Below, in pieces: positions 55,468-64,000 of a stretch of 64,000 nt of DNA. Every line of letters begins with the position of its first letter. The first letter of the stretch is position 1. Source of the stretch: the human T2T-CHM13v2.0 reference genome, Homo sapiens. The notes under the pieces are model-generated. The model saw only the letters and a program-made list of their open reading frames with translations, did no database searches and had not been told where the DNA came from. The position numbers were made by a program, and so were the translations under genes. The DNA is taken from NCBI RefSeq assembly GCF_009914755.1, contig NC_060933.1. One strand, written 5' to 3'.

Positions 55468-57642
55468 TGAAGTTATTCCAGGAAGTGCTGGCAAGTGTAG
55501 GACGTGCATGCTATATGTGATGAGCTGTCACCACTGGACACTGGGGCACAGTCCCTGGAGACCTCAAGGGCAAGCGCAGAACTGGCTTTGGTGTTGTCTT
55601 CTCTGGAGGCTAAGAAGCTGGGGAGATTACCCTCTGACTTCTGCAGTGCCTCCCATCACCAGCTTTGTTGCCCAGGCAGGCTCTCAATCAGTTCCCGAAC
55701 CCACCCGGAGAGGCTGAGTGGAGTGTGCAGGGAGCATCCTCAGGCAGAGCCCGGCATTGCAGTAGGGCCTGCAGCTCTGTGGGAAAACAGAGACCCAAGG
55801 TCAGGCTAGCAGGGCACCCACAATGCAAACCACACCTTCTCCAGAAGCCTCCCCTGACCACCTTTTGCGTATTCTTTCCTCTGTGCTCTGATGTCACAGG
55901 GCACATGCATGCCTGGCGGTGCTCGCTTGTGCCAGTTGCAGTGGTCTGTTGGTGAGGTTTTCCCTCTCAGCTGCAAACTCCTCAGGGAGTCTCTCCATCT
56001 CTGCACCCCCAGGACTCGAAACAGCCCTTGAATGCATCAATTCACTTGTACCCTTACCACACTATCTATTCTGTCCCAGGAGTCACCTTCTACAGTGTCC
56101 TGTCACAAAGGTTTGGCTGGGACTGCTGGCAAAAGCCACTGGCTTGCTGCCTGTCCCTCCCTGGCAAGCCAGGCCTGTGTGCTGTGTGTGTAACCTTTGA
56201 CAAAGTTTGTGGTCTAAAGGTTATGCTGACTGGGCTGGAGGTGAGGCGAGGACAGCGTGTGTTGGAGGTTGGTGGAGTTTTGCCAACTAGAGCAAGCTTA
56301 GTGCCACCCCCTCGCTGGGCCCTGTTCCCTGAGGAAAGAGCCTATGGTTGGCTCTTACAAGACCACAGGTCAGTCTGTGCCTTCCTGTGTGCGTCTCACC
56401 CTGGTCGGGTGGGGTAGAGTGAGCACAGAACTAGGCACATGGTTCCAGGCCGCTTCACTGCTTCCTTAAGGTTGAGAATGTCCCCCAGGTCTCTTGTGCC
56501 TGGGATTAGTGGAAGCAGGTCCTGCTGGGACTGCAGCTGGGTGCCCTGGTCACCAATCCAGCTTCAGGAACTGAGCTGGATACCTGACACCTTAAGTGGG
56601 GTCATTTGCCCTATGGACCCACATCTGGGCACAGGGCCATTTCGTTCTCAACTCTTTTGTCAGGAAATCTTTTCGTGTTCTACTCACTTGGTGATTTTGT
56701 CCATTCAACACAGGTTTTTGGAGTCCCTGGCAGGGGCTTGGCAGATGCTGTGATGTATTGGTCCAGGGAATCGGCTTCCACCCGCAGCCCCAAAGCTCTT
56801 TCTTTCTGGCATCCCCATCCATGAGGGCTGGCTGTAGGTCAAGGTGGGGTGCTGCACCCTACACCATCACTCAGAGATCCACGGCCCTTCCATCACGTGG
56901 CCCTGCCATCCTCCTGGGCCCTGGGTTTCTCAGTTGGATTCTGTGAATCCAGGAGGTGAATGAGGAGAAAAACAGCATGGAGGATCCCATGGGAGGCTTC
57001 AGGGCCAAGCCTGAGTAAGATGCGCGTCACTTCTGCTCACAATCAATTTCCCAGAGCTTTCTCAGGACCCCCTCCCCACCCCAGCCACCCACGAGGCTGG
57101 GAAATGTGGTCTCCAGGGCTGGAGGGACACGTGACATCATCCTGGCCACACGTGGGGAAGGTTAGACCCGCCTCTCGGCCATAGGTGGCTGATGATCTAG
57201 TGAGCAGGATGCGTCCACACCCTTGCTGGTGACACTGCCTATGGAGGGGTATGGGCCCTGACAACAACAGCCTCATTTTCCAGTTCCTAGGTCAAGAGAC
57301 AACTGTTTCCAATGTAAACATTCTTAAATAATTCTAAAATTAATTCTCACTTGGTTATACATGTAAGGTATTTTCTCCCAAGTGGTGCTGCACAGCAACA
57401 GTCATACCTGGAGAGCTTCCTGGGGAGTGGCTGGCAGAGTTGCTGTGTGGTGGGGTTGGGCTGGGACACTTGAGCTGAGCAGCCAGCCAGGGCTCTGTGC
57501 CGTGTCCCCTGCGTTTCCACAGGAAGGACTGTAGGAGTGTGGGCTTGCCAAGGTTACGAGGTGATAGGACATTTTCACAATGGAGCTCTTTCTTATATGC
57601 AATGTCCCTAGTGCAGCTTTCAAAAAATAGGATGAAAACTCA

Positions 57643-57943
<301 letters not shown>

Positions 57944-60398
57944 AAAACTCATTTTTAGTGAAAAAATAATATTGCATCAAGTCAGGACTACTCTCATTGG
58001 AAGTCTAGGACTTCAGGTCTCCATATGACCAGGGAAGGGGAAGAGGAGATAGGGCCCTTTCCTGGGAGAGGGTTTAGCTCAGGAAGTCTGTGTCAGATCT
58101 GAGGAAAGGCTTGCGGGGATGAGGAAGAGCAGCAGGCATGGGTTGTGCAGACCCAACAGGTTACTAAGAATGGAAGCAAATTCTCATCAGGCCATGAGGG
58201 CAAGGGCAGAAACCGAAGCGTCTTCTGTCGTCACCACGTCTCCCAGGGAGGATGAGTTCTGGCTGCTTTGATACCGACAGCATTTAGGAATCAGAGATTC
58301 TTTTATGCTTTACAGAAGGTCTAGGGAAGTTTTTATTAACTGAAAATCAGTAATTTATCCAGCATGGTAGATAATAAAAAATATGGGCAGAATAAAGTGC
58401 AATAGTAGCACAAAAACATTTTTTTGAATCAATAAAATGTTAATAATTGCAAATAAGCTATTTTGCTTCATAATCAATGGAAAATACTGAGAAATGTTAG
58501 AAATATTCATTTATTAGCTATCGCAAATCTACAGGATTTTATTTCATTTGGAAGATATTCATACCTGTTACCCAGAAGTACAAAGGACCCTTTGGGATGC
58601 TTTGTGGCCTCAAGATCTTTTCTGTAACTCATTGGCCTTGAAATCTGTCCTAAGATCATGCACACTCTTTGCAAGATCCTGGTCAGTTTTCGTTTGGGGC
58701 TGATGTCTGCCATTAGTTAAAAATCCAACTCTTGATTCTCTACCCTCAAAGCCTTCCCTTGGGTAGCAGCACAGAGGGCTTTGCTTGAGTGACAGTTCCT
58801 GTTGTTTTCCTGTTCAACAGTTCCTCCATTCCCTCGTGTACCCAAGTAACCAATGATGGTTTAGCAGCGAATGAGCAAAACACAAACCAAGCAAGACAAA
58901 ATACCGTCCTGTTGACACAGTGGCGCTGTAATTATTATTTATCCTTCCTGCGCCCCCAGGCTATGATGACGCTGGAAGAGGGACCAGGAGCTGTGTCTCA
59001 GATTACCATTGCTCCAGGAGCCGGTCGCTGAAATGACAGACAGGACGGACATAGCAGAACAGTGGTGGACAACCATTGACAGAGAATCATAAGTAGTTCC
59101 ATTGCCATAGAGTCCCTCAGGAAATAAAGTCTTATCTATGCCTGAATGCACGAGGCTATATAGATATCCAGCTGTTTCATGATGAATTCAAAGAGCCAAC
59201 ATATTTCTGGAGAAATGGCTCTCCAGCTGGAGATGGCCGAGCAAGTCTCTGGGAGCAGTGGCGTCTGAGGTTGGGGAAGCTCACCATGGGGGTCTGTCAT
59301 GGGTTCGAGAGTGGGGAGCACATGCCTGAATGACTTGGGGCAGTGGATTGGGAGGGGGTACTATTGACAAGGTAATGATGACCATGCTTTACTGGTCACT
59401 TTTATCACTGAGGCAGTAACAACAAGGCTCTGAGGCTGCTGGGTCATCTGGAGTTGGGTAATAGTGCAACATGTATTGATTTTGGATTAGCCAGGATTCA
59501 GGTTAAGGAGTGTTTTGTTTCTTCCCCAAAGCAGCTTTCTCTATGCTTACAAAACAAAAATAACATGAAACTCCCAGTTCTGCAGCTTCGTCGGATGCTG
59601 TCTCACTGCGCTTTAGGGGTGCACCTGGCCTGTCTCCTGCCAGCCTCACCTCCATCAGCATTCCCACCCGCGGGTGTCCATAGGCCCCATTCCTGCTCCT
59701 GCCCTGGTGTCCCTAAGCAGCAGACCTTTCAGGTCCCAGGATCCCCTGCTTGCCTCTGACCTAATGTAGAAATTCTGGCTGAAATGGAGGGTATGGGGAG
59801 TGCCTTTTCCACTACACTTGTCTGTTTTGTTACCTGGTCCCCAGAGCTGCCAGACATTTTCATGGAGAATGTTGCTGTTGCTGTTGCTCTGGAGCCCTGC
59901 TCATCCTCCCTGCAGAAGTCGGGAGCTGTAGCCTCTTTTTGACATCTCTCTCCTCCAGGTACTTGCTACAAAATCCCTTCTCCTTTCCGCCAGGCAATAA
60001 ACAAAACCAAACCCTACTCAGGGACACCCGCTCACTCCTTCCTTCATCGGCCAGAGTGGAAATCCCAGTTTGGTTTCAGCTGAGACCTGTTACAAATATA
60101 TGCATAACTCTTCATAAATGACCACGTATTGCACATTTATCTCAGTCTGTCATCATGATAACTCGATACGAATGTTTTTATTTTTGTTCTAAACCCTCCT
60201 ACTTTCTAACATAGCTGAGAATTCGAAGGTGCGGGGAAGACAAGCTCAGGATCACACATCCATGGTCTTATCGAGCAGGGGTGGTCTGCATACATTTCAC
60301 GAACTTTTTCCTTTCTAATTTTTATAAATTGACCACGAACAGTTCTTTAAATAAGTCTTATATGAAGAAAATATCGATTTCATGGACAAGGCAGTCTT

Positions 60399-60723
<325 letters not shown>

Positions 60724-61214
60724 TAAAGAGTATGCCTGCTTTGTGGAGGCATTTTTGTTCCTGTCCCTTTTGCCCTTCATCATTGTCCCATAAAGGACAG
60801 AGCACTGAGCCTTCAGATTGGGCAACTTGTCAGTGCCTTTGACCAAAATCAGTACATGTTTGTATTTAGGAAGGGTGTTTTGAGGCTTATCAGAGGAATG
60901 AAGTTTGAATTTTTGAAATGGCAGAAGGCAGTTTCCATACTGGTTGACCCCATCCCTGCCCCTTACCTCTCCATTCTAGATGTAGATCAAGAGGCTGTTG
61001 AGATATTTGGACATGAGGCTGTATTTCTTCTTTCTACTGCTCCCAGAAGCTCAGATGACAATCCTCTATTTCTTAAAGTCTTATGACAGCTTGCCCGTAT
61101 GACAAGGGCCAATGCCCAGGCCTTTACTTGGTGCTAAAAATCCATTTCTAACCAGGGAGGCCGATTTGTCTTTGTTTTTATCCACTCTCAACATGCACCA
61201 ATAAGGTCTTAGGC

Positions 61215-62080
61215 CCATTCATTCACTCAACAAACACTGAGTGCCTATTGAATGCCAGGGATGTTGCAGACACTGGGGTTGCAGCTGTGTCCCTATGCAG
61301 ACACATCAGTGTGCTTGTGGGTCTTAAAGTCTGTGGAAAGGATATATTAGAAGAAGCAGGCTGGGTGTGGTGGTTCACCCTTGTAATCCCAGCACTTTGG
61401 GAGGCCGAGGTGGGCGGATCACAAGGTCAGGAGATACAGACCATCCTGGCCAACATGGTGAAACTCCGCCTCTACTAAAATAAAAAAAAAAATTAGCCTG
61501 GCATGGTGGCAGGCACCTGTAGTCCCAGCTAATCAGGAGGCTGAGGCAGGGGAATCACTTGAATCTGGGAGGTGGAGGTTTCAGTGAGCCGAGATCACAC
61601 CACTGCACTCCAGCCTAGGCGACAGAGCAAGACTCTGTCTCAAAAAAAAAAAAAAAAAAAGGAAGCAATAGCATCAGCAACAACTGTTCTATTTTAGTAT
61701 GTATTAAGATGGACATGACCCATGAGCTGAGCCACATCCTAACAGGGACGTGATGGAGTGGGAGTCTGCTGTTGTTGACTGAATCAGCGAAGGCCTCGCT
61801 GAGGAGGGGCCATCAAAGTTGAGATGTCAATTGTGGGAGAAATCCTCTAAGCAGAAAGAACAGCAAATACACGAATCCTGTGGTGGTGAAGCAGTGGGTG
61901 CCATTGAGAACCAAAAAGTCCAGGGTGGAAGGAGGGAAGTGCCAGAAATGGTACCAGTGGAGGGTGAAGGGCAGGGGAGTGGCTCCAACATGCAGGGACT
62001 TACGGGCCATGAAAAGGAGCTTGGGTTTTAGTTAAGATAAAGAAAAAGCCATTGCTGGATTTCAGGTAGGGATGACCAGA
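61215..62080 (-). mobile_element. L2 3' region interrupted by an Alu
   Basis: 'cattcattcactcaacaaacactgagtgccta..tgccagg', 'gaaggcctcgctgaggagg', 'gccattgctggatttcag'. Confidence 0.75.
61359..61660 (+). mobile_element. AluSc-like
   Basis: Dimeric Alu with A tail. TSD (a/g)gaagca. Confidence 0.95.
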
Positions 62081-62172
62081 TCCTCATCCTGGGAAATGAA
62101 ACCAGTGTTCTCCCAGTTCTTCAGGCCTGGAACCTAGACTCCTCCCTCTCTCTGCAGTCTTCTTATCTGCCC

Positions 62173-62208
<36 letters not shown>
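62173..62208. repeat. (CA)n microsatellite
   Basis: About 17 perfect CA units. Confidence 0.95.
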
Positions 62209-62210
<2 letters not shown>

Positions 62211-62361
62211 GAGAAATACACCCGCATAACCATTGCTCTTCTCCAGCAGCCATTTCCCTTGAAATAGTGAAATTTCTTAATTGTTCTCTCTCCTTTCTAC
62301 TCTCTGTTCCTCAATCAATTCTCCACCGGACAGCTAGTGATTGTCTTAAAATGCAAATCAG

Positions 62362-62500
62362 AGCCCAATATGGTGGCTCACAACTATAATCCCAGCTACC
62401 AGGGAAGCTAAATGTGGGAAGATTGCTTGAGGCCAGAAGTTAGAGACCAGCCTGGGCAACATGGTGAGACCCTGTCTGTAAAAATAAACAAACAAACAAA
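62362..62500 (+). mobile_element. FLAM (Alu monomer)
   Basis: Single left-monomer-like unit with an (AAAC)n tail. TSD caaatcaga. Confidence 0.85.
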
Positions 62501-62578
62501 CACACACAAATCAGATCAGGTCATCCCTACCTGAAACAGGTTTGGCTATGAAAATCAAGAGATCTGATATGGATATCC

Positions 62579-63058
62579 TGTTATTTATTGATGCATTAAA
62601 GAAAAAAAACACCCAAAATGTAGTGGCTTAAAACAGCAAAAACTCTGGATTGGCTAGGCAGAGCTGGGCGGTTCCTCAGCTGGTCCTAATGGGCTCTCTG
62701 TGACAGGTCCTGATGGGGAGTTGCTGGTAACAGTGGATGGGACACCTGGCATGGCTTTAGACCATATCTGGTACATTTGTGGGGACAGCTGGAGGCTGAG
62801 CATGGCTGGGATGGGGGAATTAGGCCTTTCTCTGTCCATGGAGTCTCAGAGCCTCTCCACATGGCCTCTCCAGGAGGGCAGTTAGACTTCTCACCTGTCA
62901 GCTCAGGCCTCCCACAGGGCCAAGGCAGCAGCGCCAGCTTCACTCCCACATTGCTGGTCAAAGCCAGTCCCAGGTCCAGCCAGATTCAATGAGGGTGGAG
63001 CAGCACAGGACATGACATCAGCTGTCATGGGTCACTGGGGACCACCTTTGTAGGCTGG
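62579..63058 (-). mobile_element. Old MLT1 LTR (I/J-like)
   Basis: 'cccaaaatgtagtggcttaaaacagc', 'gagctgggcggttc', 'ctctccacatggcctctcca', 'ccagccagattcaa'. Confidence 0.75.
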
Positions 63059-63061
63059 TGA

Positions 63062-63560
63062 TGAAGTTTCTGTGCAGATGTCAGGTTGACACTTAAGCCA
63101 GGAGCAGGAGCCTGTGGAGAAGCTTGGGCGGTAGATGTTCATTTAGAGCTTGTTGGTGCATATACGGTATTTTAAGCCATAGGAATAAATGCAATCTTTA
63201 AGGAGAGTGGGTAAATGCGAAGGGGAACCCAGAACGAAGCTGCAAGGAACATGGTCACTTAGGGGCTTCGAGAGCTGAATGAGTTCAAGGAAGAGTTGGG
63301 CATCCTGCAGTGGATGTTGAGGGAGAAGGACCACTGTGGAGGGAGGAAAAATTGAGGGAGCATAGGTAGTTAAAAGCCAAGAGAGGAAAGCCTTCAACAA
63401 GGAGGGTGTGGTTGATCATATGGTGTGCAGGGGAGGGTTGAATAAGATGAAGACAGAAGATCCCATGGACCTGGCAGCATGGGAGGTTTTGGGCAGGAGC
63501 CATCTTGGCAAGACAGAGGACATGCAAATCCAGAGGACGCAGGTGAAGACAGGGCAGCGC
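63062..63560 (-). mobile_element. L2 fragment
   Basis: 'tatttaagccatagg', 'aaagccaagagaggaaagc', 'aataagatgaagacaga..tggacctggca'. Confidence 0.65.
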
Positions 63561-63737
63561 CAGGCCGGTGAGCCTTCTGAGAAGCTCGGCTGCAGGACAG
63601 CCCATGTGACATGCCCCAGGAACCCCCTTGGTGACTGCAGGACGTCCTGAAGCTTCCTCAGTTGCTCCTATTTCCCCTGTCTCACTCTCCTTGTTATGCC
63701 TGTGTTGATAGATGTATATCTCAATAGAGGCACAGTC

Positions 63738-63875
63738 ATATATATATGACATATATATGTAATATATATGTCACAGTCATATATAAAAATCAAAATATTA
63801 TATATACTACATATATTATATATTATATATCCTATATATAATATGTGTGTGTTTTTGTATATGCCTCTCTATATA
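63738..63875. repeat. TA-rich low-complexity tract
   Basis: Interrupted (TA)n. Confidence 0.85.
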
Positions 63876-63904
63876 GTTAACTTAAAAATTTAAATTTAAC
63901 AGCT

Positions 63905-64000
63905 GGCTAGGTGCAGTGGCTCTCGCCTGTAATCCCAGCACTTTGGGAGGCTGAGATGGGCAGATCACCTGAGGTCAGGAGTTAAAGACCAGCCCTGCCA
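63905..64000 (+). mobile_element. AluS left arm (runs off the window)
   Basis: 'ggctaggtgcagtggctctcgcctgtaatcccagcactttggg'. Confidence 0.93.

Overview
Primate (catarrhine, probably human or another ape) non-coding DNA, either intergenic or deep intronic. I cannot name the locus from sequence alone. No credible protein-coding exon is present: the ORF track is explained by Alus, LTRs, microsatellites and chance. The one gene-derived feature is an intronless RPL41 processed pseudogene (8308-8726, +) with an 11-bp target-site duplication, a dead start codon and no poly(A) tail. The rest is a nested mosaic of about 19 Alu/FLAM copies, solo LTRs (MER39-like, MER4E-like, THE1, several MLT1 and MLT2, one ERVL-class), one two-LTR MLT1F-like MaLR provirus, old L1M, L2 and MIR pieces, Tigger1 and hAT relics, and unusually many long CA/TG and TTTC/TTCC tracts. 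Repeat subfamily calls come from recalled consensus sequences, not from a search. I found no novel biological system that the sequence alone proves. Best leads: (i) a 17-nt copy of a perfect splice donor inserted into an Alu 1.7 kb from an identical sequence; (ii) a ~500-bp degenerate fold-back with AP-1 sites at 16.6-17.1 kb; (iii) a minisatellite carrying 10 RUNX sites interleaved with TGCATG and (TG)n; (iv) a ~300-bp higher-order repeat hidden in a TG tract; (v) two Alus inserted at the same nick that share non-consensus variants; (vi) candidate non-coding exons.
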